Shown: positions 37,976 through 47,846 of the stretch, in pieces
Numbering within the stretch: the first letter of the stretch is position 1
Layout of the letters: every line of letters starts with the position of its first letter
Assembly: GCA_029856145.1 (NCBI GenBank)
Contig: JAHQWK010000001.1
Span: 480,001 to 544,000, forward strand
DNA from: Promethearchaeia archaeon
Lineage (GTDB): Archaea > Asgardarchaeota > Lokiarchaeia > Sigyniarchaeales > SOKP01
Direction: 5' to 3'
DNA: 64,000 nt
Notes under the pieces: generated by a model
The model's database searches: none
The model's input: only the letters and a program-made list of their open reading frames with translations
What the model was told of the DNA's origin: nothing
Position numbers and translations under genes: made by a program

Positions 37976-39118
37976 TTACCAACCGATTGGTAAACCTAAT
38001 AAGAGAAATCCAAGCTGGATTCCAATCGGAATGAATATTGGATTTAAAATGTTATCAGCAGTGTATATTGGAAAATAGTCAGTAATAAAGAAAATTACAG
38101 CACCTATTATTGCATATATGGGTCCTACGAGGATTAAACCAATTATATACGCTACAACTGTACCTGCAAGAAAACCTTCCACAGATTTACTGTCTTTACT
38201 CCTTACTTTGACCTTGTGTTTTCCATATCTTCTTCCAATTAAAGCAGCTGCTGCATCAGATAGACATGCTATAAGGACTCCTGAAAAAAAAGCTAAAATA
38301 TCGATTAATCCCACCATATAAAGCATATAGGAAAAAATAAAACCGGTAATTATGTAAATTTGCGGACCCATAGCATTTAACTCTTTCTTTCGTAACATTG
38401 AGTGTGTTAGAAAATTAAAAAGTGAATATTCTGGACCCCTAAGAACTCTGATTAAATCAGAAATTAATGCAAACATTAAGGCTCCTATTAAAGCCATCAT
38501 GGTGAGGTGCTTAAGGCCTCGAGGATCACCTAGACTATATTCAAATAAAGATATATCCCCCCAAATAAATTCATATGCAGGTTTTATATCATTAATAAGC
38601 ATAACTACACCATCACTTATTAGTTGTATAAGTGGTGGGAGTAGAAAAAACCCAAAATATCCTATTAATAATACCAATCCCATTAAATGAAAACTTTTTC
38701 GAATTAGCTCCATTTTAAATGAGATATCTTCCAGATATGGATTTTCTTTTGTTAGTCTTTCCACATATCTTCTTAAAATGGATTTTTTACTATTAACCAA
38801 TTCCACATCTTCACTTTTTAAATCAATTTTATTAACTACTCTTTTGATTAGCAAGAAAAAAATCAGAGCGACAAGTAAATTTATTCCAATCCACCACACC
38901 ATAAACCCATTATAGGGATAATGAAAAAATCTTATGATGGAATTATAATATCCAAAAATTAAGAAACAAAAGCCACATATAATTGTTGAAATTCCACCAT
39001 ACTTATTTTTTGCTTTAATTCCCTTCCGACCAATATGAAACATTAAAATCATTAAGATAAAAAAAGAGAGAGATAATGTAATATTATAAATATTATCAAC
39101 AGCTGTCCAATAGTCCAT
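37976..39118 (-). CDS. CTP-dependent polyprenol/diacylglycerol kinase family protein (dolichol/phytol kinase, Dgk1-like)
   Basis: E..RKSFH, DAAAALIGRRYGKH, KSVEG and DNILNP. Confidence 0.8.
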   Translation of the reverse strand: MDYWTAVDNIYNITLSLSFFILMILMFHIGRKGIKAKNKYGGISTIICGFCFLIFGYYNSIIRFFHYPYNGFMVWWIGINLLVALIFFLLIKRVVNKIDLKSEDVELVNSKKSILRRYVERLTKENPYLEDISFKMELIRKSFHLMGLVLLIGYFGFFLLPPLIQLISDGVVMLINDIKPAYEFIWGDISLFEYSLGDPRGLKHLTMMALIGALMFALISDLIRVLRGPEYSLFNFLTHSMLRKKELNAMGPQIYIITGFIFSYMLYMVGLIDILAFFSGVLIACLSDAAAALIGRRYGKHKVKVRSKDSKSVEGFLAGTVVAYIIGLILVGPIYAIIGAVIFFITDYFPIYTADNILNPIFIPIGIQLGFLLLGLPIGW

Positions 39119-39189
39119 AATTTATCTGGTAAAGAATTTTATTAATTATTGAAATAATTTATAATCTAATAATTAATTCCGCTTTAATA

Positions 39190-40242
39190 ATGTCTAGACA
39201 TAAAACTGATTTTATTAAAACATTATCAAAAGAACCAACAACCAGAGTTCCATTATATTGTACAGGATACCCAGATTTAGAGTTTATTAACAATTTTGTA
39301 GATCAATATAATCTTAAAACTGAAAAAATCGACTTAATGTTAAATAATAAGAATTATAACATAATTGAACAAATGGGTTTTAATGCTATTTCTCTATGGG
39401 ATTTTCGACGAGGAGAAGGAGGCTATAACTTGAATGATGAAAGAAGAGTAGATGGATGGGGCCGCCTATATAAAGGAGAATGGTATTTATGGGATGGTGT
39501 TTTTAAAGATGAAAAAACGGTACAAAATTGGGAATACTTAAATTTTCCCTCTAAAGAAAACCTAATGAATTTAAAAAATTTTTTAAATAGAGCAAATGTA
39601 AATTTAGAATACGTAATCTCTTTACCTGGTTTATTTGAAAAAACTTGGCAATCAATGAGCTTTCATTATTTCGCTAAATGTTTAAAAAAAAAAAATATTG
39701 AGTTTGTGAAAAGGGTCATCTCTTTTTTCTCAAATTATTTGAAAACATTAATTAAAAATCTCCAAACAACAGGGGCAGAAACATTTCTAATAGCAGATGA
39801 TCTGGGTTATAAGAATAGAACATTCATATCAAAAGAAATGTGGCGAAAACTATTCTATAATAAATATAAGGAAATTATTAATATTATACATCAAAGAAAG
39901 CAACATATCATAATCCATTCTGACGGATATATTTCTGATATGATTGGAACTTTCATAGATTTAGGCTTTGATGCGATTCAAAGTTTAGAACCTAGTGCTG
40001 GAGTGAATATCTTTAGTCTTTTCAAGAAATTTAAAAATCAGATCTGCTTTATTGGAAATCTAGATATGAGTCTCCTGTCTTTTGGTACACCACAAGAAGT
40101 AAGAAACTATACCAAAAAATTAATTACAAAAGCAAAAGAAAATAAATGCCCTTTAGTAGTTTCACCATCACATCAAATCAATATAAAATGTAAACCCAAA
40201 AATATTAATGCAATAATTGAAACGACTAAAATATTTAAATAA
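39190..40242 (+). CDS. Uroporphyrinogen decarboxylase/MtaA-like family protein
   Basis: ADDLGY, HSDG, GFDAIQSLEP and GNLD...L..GTP.EV. Confidence 0.82.
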   Translation: MSRHKTDFIKTLSKEPTTRVPLYCTGYPDLEFINNFVDQYNLKTEKIDLMLNNKNYNIIEQMGFNAISLWDFRRGEGGYNLNDERRVDGWGRLYKGEWYLWDGVFKDEKTVQNWEYLNFPSKENLMNLKNFLNRANVNLEYVISLPGLFEKTWQSMSFHYFAKCLKKKNIEFVKRVISFFSNYLKTLIKNLQTTGAETFLIADDLGYKNRTFISKEMWRKLFYNKYKEIINIIHQRKQHIIIHSDGYISDMIGTFIDLGFDAIQSLEPSAGVNIFSLFKKFKNQICFIGNLDMSLLSFGTPQEVRNYTKKLITKAKENKCPLVVSPSHQINIKCKPKNINAIIETTKIFK

Positions 40243-40472
40243 TAATTTTGATATTTACTACAAATAAGGTTATTATAAAAATAATAATAGTGCTTAAGAG
40301 TATAATAATACAAAATTTCTAAACTAAATTAATAAGGAAATAATAATATAATTTAATACATAGTAAGAAATAAAAAAAAATAAATAAAATTAAAATAAGT
40401 TAATTATATCTAATATAATAAGATTATATTAGAAATTATATCCTCAATATTTATCCTAATAAACAAAAAAAA

Positions 40473-40850
40473 ATGACTTCCATGGAACCAACTACAGACT
40501 CGCTCGATGACATTTTGAAGAAATTGTTAGCAGCAATCCCAGAAGTGAAAGCCGCCGCAATTGTATCTGCTGAAGGTCTACCAATCGCTTCTGCACTTCC
40601 ACAAGGAGTTGATGAAACAAGGATTGCCGCGATGACTGCTGCATTACTCTCCTTAGCCGAAAGGTCAGTTATCGAGATGGAGAAGGGTGAGTTCGATCAA
40701 TTATATGTTAAGGGAAGCGACGGTTATCTCTTAGTCTTACAAGCTGGTCCCAATGCGGTATTAACAGTTTCTACAACGAAGGATGTAAGATTGGGATTAA
40801 TATTTTTAGATTGTAAGAGAACGTGTGAAAAAATCGCGAAATTAATTTAA
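40473..40850 (+). CDS. Roadblock/LC7 (MglB-like) protein
   Basis: IVSAEGLPIAS, RIAAMTAALLSLAER and YVKG..GY. Confidence 0.92.
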   Translation: MTSMEPTTDSLDDILKKLLAAIPEVKAAAIVSAEGLPIASALPQGVDETRIAAMTAALLSLAERSVIEMEKGEFDQLYVKGSDGYLLVLQAGPNAVLTVSTTKDVRLGLIFLDCKRTCEKIAKLI

Positions 40851-41566
40851 TCTTCTTCTATTATCGTATCATTTATCATATCGTAATAAAGATAGATATA
40901 TGAATGTTTTAACACTTCACATTTCTTAAGCATTAGAGCTTTAATGTTGAATAAATCGTCATCAGTCTGAGGAGCGACTCCATCTATTGATGTAGGAGTA
41001 TCCTTTCCGCCAATTAAGCAGGGAGCGATGATAAGAGAAATATGATCTATAAGTTTTTGTTTAAGAAATAAAGAATTCAATATCCCCCCTGATTGAAGTG
41101 ATATCTTTTCAATTTTATAATCTTGCTTTAGTTTTACAAATAATTCTTTAATATTAATCTCATTTGGATAATAAATAATATTCATTTCTTTTTCATTTGC
41201 TATTTCGAAAGCCGGATGGTTTTTGTTGTTTGTTACGATGTAAATAGATTTAAATGAATTTATTAGATAATTGACTCCCATTTTGTTAAGGTGTGGTTTG
41301 CGATCAATAATAATTAGGTTGACATCCTTATGGTTATCCGCTTTTTCACGTAAGTTAACACCAATTTTAGCCAATACTTTTCCACTAATTAACGCATCCC
41401 TTTCAGTTTTAAATAAAAGATCATAGTATTGATAATTTCCTTCTTTAATTCCTTTGATTTTAGGAAAATCGATTTCTTGATCTCGTTTATCAACATCCCC
41501 TGTAGAAATTTTTCCATCCAGTGACTGCATTAGAAAAAGAGTTGTTTCAGGTCGATTCTTATCCAT
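40847..41566 (-). CDS. RibD C-terminal (dihydrofolate/pyrimidine reductase-like) protein
   Basis: SLDGKI, SGG.LN..FL...LID and APCLIGG. Confidence 0.85.
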   Translation of the reverse strand: MDKNRPETTLFLMQSLDGKISTGDVDKRDQEIDFPKIKGIKEGNYQYYDLLFKTERDALISGKVLAKIGVNLREKADNHKDVNLIIIDRKPHLNKMGVNYLINSFKSIYIVTNNKNHPAFEIANEKEMNIIYYPNEINIKELFVKLKQDYKIEKISLQSGGILNSLFLKQKLIDHISLIIAPCLIGGKDTPTSIDGVAPQTDDDLFNIKALMLKKCEVLKHSYIYLYYDMINDTIIEED

Positions 41567-41680
41567 TAATTTCTCACTTTTTATATTCTTTTAATAATTT
41601 AATAACAATTAAGTATAGTAATAAAACAATTAATAAACTCATAGTTAGTTGATTTATTAATCTCTTATAATTAAATTAAT

Positions 41681-42115
41681 ATGGAGTCGGTTAAAATCCA
41701 AGATAAAAGAAGTCCATTTTTTATAAATATTGAAGATGCTCCAAAATTCATGCAAATGGAAGGATTAGAGACAACAATTCTTACAGGCATACATGGTGAA
41801 AAGATGATGATGGCGCTCAATGCAACCTTACCAGGTCATTCAGTTCCAACACATTCTCATAAACATGAACAAATTGGCATGGTTTATGGTGGTAAAGCAA
41901 AACTTCGTATCGGAGATGAAGAGCGAATTGTAAAGAAGGGAGATTTTTATTGTATCCCCTCCAACACTCCTCATAGTGATACATGTATAGGCGATGAACC
42001 ATTTATTATGCTAGATATTTTTTATCCATTAAGAAAAGATTTTTTGAAGAAGTTAAGGAGTAAATCTAGAACTCTCAAAATGAATAGAAATATATATAGA
42101 GATTTCAATAAATAA
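41681..42115 (+). CDS. Cupin domain protein
   Basis: HSHKHEQ...G and IPSNTPH. Confidence 0.88.
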   Translation: MESVKIQDKRSPFFINIEDAPKFMQMEGLETTILTGIHGEKMMMALNATLPGHSVPTHSHKHEQIGMVYGGKAKLRIGDEERIVKKGDFYCIPSNTPHSDTCIGDEPFIMLDIFYPLRKDFLKKLRSKSRTLKMNRNIYRDFNK

Positions 42116-42156
42116 AAAAAAAAGAAGATTTAAATTAAGTTTTTTTATCATTTCTT

Positions 42157-42471
42157 TTATCCCTTTATTTTCTTAGCCAATTTCATGAGTAGTGGGACTA
42201 CTTTGACTACTTCCATCGCAGGAGTGCTTTTAATGAACTTAAAAATACCTGGTTTTGCAATTCTCCACATACCCGTTATTTCTGTCAATTGCTCTTCAGT
42301 TTCAGCTTCTACTATGGTTATACCCCAATAATCAGAAGCGCTAACATACCATGCAATTTCTTTAGTACCTTCCACTGGCCACAATTTTTTGCTTATTAAC
42401 GTTTGGGCAACTCCTGCTAATTCTGATGGATCAAAATCTGGATTAAGTTCCCAATAAGTGATAAAAATCAT
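42157..42471 (-). CDS. Small ferredoxin-like alpha+beta protein (DUF3303-like)
   Basis: F..YWEL...W.....G...VEAE pattern, with a GGAGG SD upstream. Confidence 0.6.
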   Translation of the reverse strand: MIFITYWELNPDFDPSELAGVAQTLISKKLWPVEGTKEIAWYVSASDYWGITIVEAETEEQLTEITGMWRIAKPGIFKFIKSTPAMEVVKVVPLLMKLAKKIKG

Positions 42472-42630
42472 TTTATTACCTCCTTTACATTCTTAAGATT
42501 GGATTTGTTTTTGTATAGTCCTTTAAGCTATACACTACAATCCTATATTCATACTTATTATTTAAGGATTTCTAAAGCATTTCAAGTTATTAAAAAGAAG
42601 AAGATTGATTTCATTCAAAATCCAGTTCAA

Positions 42631-43407
42631 CTAAATCAAAGCATTTTCAATTGCTTCTCTAAGTTTACTTTTCTCTATTTCTGGACCTACTTTAATCATT
42701 TCACCATTAACGTAGATTCTTCTCTCAATGCCATATCGCTGTAAAATTTTTTGATCAACCGCTGAAAATTCATTGAGAATAACATCATTTCCGTATTCTG
42801 AGACTACATCTCGCACTCTTTGTGCTTCAACATCACTAGTTAAACAAAATCTATTCCAAAATAAATCTATAACAATTTTACCTTTTATAGGTTTAAAATT
42901 GTAATTTTCTTTTCGGAAATGAGGAGGCTCAGCATTTGGATCAAATTGCTTCCAAAGAATTGCTTCTTCACCCCGTTTTTCTGCGACTTTAAATCCTAAC
43001 TTTAAAAAATATTCTGCTGGCATAAACCAAAAATCCCAAAAATATCCTATAGTTGCGATTCCTTTCCGATCTTGGCGTTTAGTTTCTTCTTCTGCCGTTT
43101 TAATTAACTCTTTCCCTACGCTCTTTTTAGAAAATTTAGAATGTGAAACTAAGCAAGGAAATACCATCAAATCTTTACCTTGTATTTGCCAAGGATTTAT
43201 TTCAATTGGCATGATATATAAAAATCCTGCATGAATATCATCTAAAAGAGCAACCTTGACTTTCAAACCATATTTTTCCATACTTTTGAGCCAGGATATA
43301 CGGCGTGGACAAGACGATTCACGCTCAATGTTATTCTCATTTACATGAGTACAGGTACCAACATAATATTCATCATCTTTAGTCATATCTCGGATATTAA
43401 TTGACAT
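42631..43407 (-). CDS. GNAT acetyltransferase with a C-terminal thioredoxin-like (YoaP-like) domain
   Basis: GFLYIMPIE, CLV...K.VGKELI and FLKLGF; C-terminal W.RFC and IYVNGE. Confidence 0.75.
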   Translation of the reverse strand: MSINIRDMTKDDEYYVGTCTHVNENNIERESSCPRRISWLKSMEKYGLKVKVALLDDIHAGFLYIMPIEINPWQIQGKDLMVFPCLVSHSKFSKKSVGKELIKTAEEETKRQDRKGIATIGYFWDFWFMPAEYFLKLGFKVAEKRGEEAILWKQFDPNAEPPHFRKENYNFKPIKGKIVIDLFWNRFCLTSDVEAQRVRDVVSEYGNDVILNEFSAVDQKILQRYGIERRIYVNGEMIKVGPEIEKSKLREAIENALI

Positions 43408-43578
43408 TTTTTTACATCTAAATTGGTTCTCAAAGATTTATGTTTATATAATAATGTTATTGTTTGAAAATAGGAAATTTAAAATAATATTTATATTATT
43501 TCCAGACAACTATCTAACTTCAAATAATTCAAATAAGATCAATTTAAAATTTATAAGAAATTAAAATTATTAATAATT

Positions 43579-43887
43579 ATGACAAAAAAGCAGCATTTTT
43601 ACGCAATCATCAAACCGTATCGGCAGGATTTCATTACAAATCCAAAAGAAGAAGAAGAAAAAATCATGTCTGATCATTTTTATTATCTAAAATCTTTATT
43701 AAAACAGAAGAAATTATATCTTGCGGGTCCAAAATTGATTCCTGAGGATCCTTTTGGATTAATAATCCTTGAAACTGAATCCGAAGATGAAGCAAAAAAA
43801 TTACTTGAAAATGATCCTTCAGTTAAAGCAGAAATTCAAAAAGTTGTAGATTTTAGACCCATTAGGTTATCTCTTATGAAAAAATAA
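43579..43887 (+). CDS. YciI-family protein
   Basis: H..YL..L......LAGP and ENDP.V. Confidence 0.85.
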   Translation: MTKKQHFYAIIKPYRQDFITNPKEEEEKIMSDHFYYLKSLLKQKKLYLAGPKLIPEDPFGLIILETESEDEAKKLLENDPSVKAEIQKVVDFRPIRLSLMKK

Positions 43888-43892
43888 ATAGT

Positions 43893-45122
43893 TTACCCCC
43901 CAAGTGTAAAGAACCATAAAAAAGTAAGTATAGTGTTAAAAAAATATAAGATTAATATTCCAAGAATTATATACACAATTCTTCTATAAATTTGAAAATC
44001 TAAGATCTTTCTAAACTTTCTTTTATTGCTAATCTTTAAAGCTTTAATAAGTTTTGATGAGTGATAAGCCATAACAGTACCAATCACACAATAAGGAACT
44101 ATCCATTTATGAGGGAACCCAATTATCCCAACGACTATTCCAGTCTTATAATCGATGATTAAAATCGTATCTGAAAATAAATTACTTACAAGGATGTTAC
44201 CATTGGGTAACATATCAGCTTCATATGGATTTGCTAACCAAGGTGATTTTATTTCCTTAACGACTTTTTTAGATTTCATATCATATATTAATAAGCGATT
44301 ATTTCCCGAATCAGTTATCAATCTCATATCGTTTCCAATATCATCACAATCTCTTGCGAATCTAAACTTTCCAAATGGAAATTCTAATTTTAATTCCCAA
44401 ACTATTTTCTTAGTTGAAGTATTAACTTCAATTATTCTATCATTTCCCGTATCACAAATTACTGTATTTCCGTTATCATATCGATCGGGATTATGTTGAT
44501 GATTGATAATTGTTATATTTGTTGGGTGACCATACCACCAGATAATTTCTTTGGTTTCACTATAGTTAATTTCAATAACCATGTTAAAATTATTTAAAGA
44601 AATTAAGATAGAATCAAAATTCCTTCCAAATTTTGACCCATTAATGAAGTCTACATCATTAAGATGTGTCCATGAACTTATCAGCGATGACTGGTCTTCT
44701 AAAAACGGAATGTCAGTCCAACCTTGATCAAGGCTAAATCTTGTCCAATTTATATCCGAAATGTTTAGCGCATCCCAACTCCATAATATTTTAGAAGGAT
44801 TGTTTATATCTACTTCAATTACTCTGTTATCCGATGTGTCAGCCATAAGAATATTACCATTTGGTAGAACATCACTATCATGTAAGAAAAACTTATTATC
44901 ATGGCTCCTCCATTTAACGATTCCATTTTGATCCACAATTACAACATGACCCCAAATAGGCGATACCAAATAACATCCTGCATATTCTCCATCTGAAATA
45001 TAATCTACATCACAAGGACTATTAAAAGGCATAAAACCCGGAATTATTGTATAAAAAATTATTGATAAAAATGAAAATATAACAACCAAGCCGATAATTA
45101 ATTTTTTTGTATTCACTTTCAT
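43893..45122 (-). CDS. Arylsulfotransferase (ASST)-like beta-propeller membrane protein
   Basis: HDSD.LPNGN, WTHLNDVD, QHNPD and YEAD, with N- and C-terminal TM helices. Confidence 0.75.
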   Translation of the reverse strand: MKVNTKKLIIGLVVIFSFLSIIFYTIIPGFMPFNSPCDVDYISDGEYAGCYLVSPIWGHVVIVDQNGIVKWRSHDNKFFLHDSDVLPNGNILMADTSDNRVIEVDINNPSKILWSWDALNISDINWTRFSLDQGWTDIPFLEDQSSLISSWTHLNDVDFINGSKFGRNFDSILISLNNFNMVIEINYSETKEIIWWYGHPTNITIINHQHNPDRYDNGNTVICDTGNDRIIEVNTSTKKIVWELKLEFPFGKFRFARDCDDIGNDMRLITDSGNNRLLIYDMKSKKVVKEIKSPWLANPYEADMLPNGNILVSNLFSDTILIIDYKTGIVVGIIGFPHKWIVPYCVIGTVMAYHSSKLIKALKISNKRKFRKILDFQIYRRIVYIILGILILYFFNTILTFLWFFTLGG

Positions 45123-45145
45123 GATTATTCAGAACTTAAGTATTA

Positions 45146-45529
45146 TCAGAAACCTATATAAAATGTTATACTAGCACTGATGAAGAAAACTACTATAAAT
45201 ATAAAAGAAAATCTCAATGAAAATCTCCAAAGATTTTCATTATTAGGCACCAATTTTTGAAATTTTTTTTTTAAAAATAATAAAATAAGAATAATCAAAA
45301 ACTGGATAAATGAAAAATAAGCAAAAATTATGCTATTTATAAATAATCCACGTAAAATGTAATGAACATTAAAACTTCCAATGTGAAACAATATTCGTTG
45401 AATGAAGTAATGAGTAATACCTCCAACTATACCAAAAAATATTTTTAACCAAAATAGGAAAATTGAAGGTAGATCTTTATCCCTAATATCCTTATTTTTG
45501 TGCAGAATATCTTTCATATTTAAATTCAA
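45146..45529 (-). CDS. Small 3-TM membrane protein, possibly EMC6-like
   Basis: Three hydrophobic spans. FWLKIFFGIVGG resembles TM1 of EMC6/Rab5ip. Confidence 0.5.
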   Translation of the reverse strand: MNLNMKDILHKNKDIRDKDLPSIFLFWLKIFFGIVGGITHYFIQRILFHIGSFNVHYILRGLFINSIIFAYFSFIQFLIILILLFLKKKFQKLVPNNENLWRFSLRFSFIFIVVFFISASITFYIGF

Positions 45530-45546
45530 CTCAAAAAAAATTACAT

Positions 45547-45578
45547 TTTAAATACTTAAAAATCATATATTTCAATAT
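45547..45578 (+). promoter_or_regulatory. Duplicated promoter block, copy 1 (TTTAAATACTT...ATATTTCAATAT)
   Basis: 28/32 identical to 46241-46272, and 80 nt before the MVDIK ATG. Confidence 0.65.
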
Positions 45579-45614
45579 TAAATTTATGAATATTTAATTA
45601 TATAATTACAAAAA

Positions 45615-46094
45615 ATGGGTGAAAAAATGGTTGATATTAAAGGAAATTTATGGCTTATTTCTATAGTGGCGGGTATAATAGGAGTTATCACAATCTTTAC
45701 TCCAGCCTGGGGATATTTATCAGGAAGTGAAAATGTAGCTGCTTGGTTATGGGGTTTGTATATAAACAATGGAAATGTTAACTTTATTGATTTAGATGAA
45801 CCAATAGTTATTTTAGGTATTATTTCAACACTAATTATTGCTATTGGGACATTGCCATTACTACTCGGGGGAATACTTACAAAAGTAAAAGATAGGGAGA
45901 TTAGTTTATTATATCTTGTGGGGGGAATTTTACCAATTATAGGAATTATTGTGTTTTTAGCAGGTACAGAATCATTATATTCAGGTTGGTGGTCATACTA
46001 TATCGTACATGTTGGTACAATTCTCGCTTTCATCGCCGGGGGATTAGGAATTTCCGCAGGAGTAATAAGTATAATGGAAAATCGAAAAACATAG
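45615..46094 (+). CDS. 4-TM membrane protein, claudin/PMP22-like topology (paralog 1)
   Basis: TPAW...WLWGLY and four hydrophobic helices. The likely start is 45627. Confidence 0.75.
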   Translation: MGEKMVDIKGNLWLISIVAGIIGVITIFTPAWGYLSGSENVAAWLWGLYINNGNVNFIDLDEPIVILGIISTLIIAIGTLPLLLGGILTKVKDREISLLYLVGGILPIIGIIVFLAGTESLYSGWWSYYIVHVGTILAFIAGGLGISAGVISIMENRKT

Positions 46095-46240
46095 TAATCC
46101 ACTTTATTTTGTTATATCACTAATTCCTTTTTTTTTCAGTTCTAAATCTTAACAATAATTTATTTAATTAATTCCATGCGAAATTAAAATTTTATATAGA
46201 AGATCCTTTATTATTTAATTGAATTTAGACATTAAATCAA

Positions 46241-46272
46241 TTTAAATACTTTAGAATCCAATATTTCAATAT
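46241..46272 (+). promoter_or_regulatory. Duplicated promoter block, copy 2
   Basis: 28/32 identical to 45547-45578, and 82 nt before the MVGIK ATG. Confidence 0.65.
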
Positions 46273-46313
46273 ATAACTTTTAAACGATTAATTCCATAAT
46301 TCTAAGAAAATAG

Positions 46314-46808
46314 TTGATAAAAATGGTTGGTATTAAGGATATTAAAGAAAATTTATGGGCTATAGCTATTCTGGGAGGAATTTTTGGTGCAATTTCAATT
46401 TTTACACCTGCTTGGGGCCTTATCTCTGGAGGGGATTTTATGGTTGCTTGGTATTGGAATTTGTATTATGTGAGCGCAGGTGGAGGCACCTTTGGTTGGA
46501 TAGATACCGAGGAAATGCTTTTCTTTTTGGATCTGGGGGCTTTAATTGTTATAGCAATAGCAACATGTATTTTACTTATGGCAGGGATCCTTGATAAAGT
46601 TAAGAATAAAAAATTGTATATCTTAAATCTTTTGGGTGGAATTTTACTAATTTTAGGACCTACTATTGTGTTAGCTGGTGCAGAAGCTGCCTATGCGGGG
46701 TTCTTTCTTGCCTATAATGTCAATGTAGCTATGATTTTACCTTTCATAGGGGGCGCATTAGGAATTTTAACTGGAGTAATGGGTATTATGGAAAAGCGAA
46801 GTGAGTAA
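46314..46808 (+). CDS. 4-TM membrane protein, claudin/PMP22-like topology (paralog 2)
   Basis: TPAW...WYWNLY; aligns end to end with 45615-46094. The likely start is 46323. Confidence 0.75.
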   Translation: MIKMVGIKDIKENLWAIAILGGIFGAISIFTPAWGLISGGDFMVAWYWNLYYVSAGGGTFGWIDTEEMLFFLDLGALIVIAIATCILLMAGILDKVKNKKLYILNLLGGILLILGPTIVLAGAEAAYAGFFLAYNVNVAMILPFIGGALGILTGVMGIMEKRSE

Positions 46809-46937
46809 ATTACATCTATTTTAAATTTCTTTTTTTTAATTTCTATGAGTACAAAACCACAAACTATTAATTTTTTTGCGTATTCTATCAATTACTTAAC
46901 TTTATTAAATTTCATTATTTTTACGTGAAAAGTTCTT

Positions 46938-47540
46938 ATGTTCCAATTATTTACCATTGAAGGAAAAATCGAGATACCTCCGTTTCTTTTTGGTCAAGAG
47001 AAAGATGTAAGTGCAAGAATAATCCTTTCGGAAGATTATGAAGGAATCATAACTCGTAATTATGGTTTTATAATAGCAGTTGTAGATGTTCTTAATGTCG
47101 GAAAAGGGATAATCATACCAGGTAACGCAAATACCTTTCATGAAGTAGAGTTCACTATTCTAGCATTTAAACCAACTGTTTCAGAAGTGGTTGAAGGAAC
47201 TGTTGTAGAAATTGTTGATTTTGGTTCATTTGTCCGTTTAGGCCCATTAGATGGATTAGTCCATGTATCACAAATTTGCGATGACTATATCTCTTATGAA
47301 CAAGTTGGGAACCGATTTATAGGCAAAGAAACTGGAAAAATCCTGGAGGTTAATGACCAAGTAAGAGCTAAAATTATTGCTGTTTCATTAGGTACTGGAA
47401 GAAGTGGAAAACTTGGTTTAACAATGAGACAAAAATTTCTAGGGAAAGAAGAGTGGATTGAAGACGATGTCGAAGAAGTATTTGCTGAAAAGGAAGGAAA
47501 AAAAGCAGGATCAAGTGAAGGAGAAGAGAATAAAGAATAA
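46938..47540 (+). CDS. rpo7: RNA polymerase subunit E' (Rpo7)
   Basis: EVVEG.V.EIVDFGSFVRLGPLDGLVHVSQI and KLGLTMRQ..LG. Confidence 0.96.
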   Translation: MFQLFTIEGKIEIPPFLFGQEKDVSARIILSEDYEGIITRNYGFIIAVVDVLNVGKGIIIPGNANTFHEVEFTILAFKPTVSEVVEGTVVEIVDFGSFVRLGPLDGLVHVSQICDDYISYEQVGNRFIGKETGKILEVNDQVRAKIIAVSLGTGRSGKLGLTMRQKFLGKEEWIEDDVEEVFAEKEGKKAGSSEGEENKE

Positions 47541-47565
47541 TAATTAAAGGAAGAAGGGAATAAAT

Positions 47566-47754
47566 ATGAAAGAGAAAGCTTGTAAAAATTGCCACTTAAT
47601 AACTAAAAATGAAACAATTTGCCCAAAGTGTAAAACACATACTCTAAGCGAAGACTTTACAGGAGAGGTAATAATAATAAATCCTAAGGAATCGAAGTTC
47701 GCGGCTCATTTAAAGGTTGTTTACCCCGGAAAATACGCTTTAAGAGTACGCTAA
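47566..47754 (+). CDS. spt4: Transcription elongation factor Spt4 (RpoE'')
   Basis: ACKNCH...CPKC and PGKYALRVR, directly after rpo7. Confidence 0.93.
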   Translation: MKEKACKNCHLITKNETICPKCKTHTLSEDFTGEVIIINPKESKFAAHLKVVYPGKYALRVR

Positions 47755-47846
47755 AACCATAATTAATGTTAACCTGTTATATTTCTACCAAGACTAATTT
47801 CTTAATAAATATTAAATTACACTCTTTCTTTATAATCTTGATTTAA

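Noticed and set aside
39190-40242. MtaA-like protein as evidence of a methyltransfer pathway at this locus
   Set aside because: It lacks the HxC...C zinc ligands (has HSDG), and no corrinoid protein or MT1 gene is adjacent.
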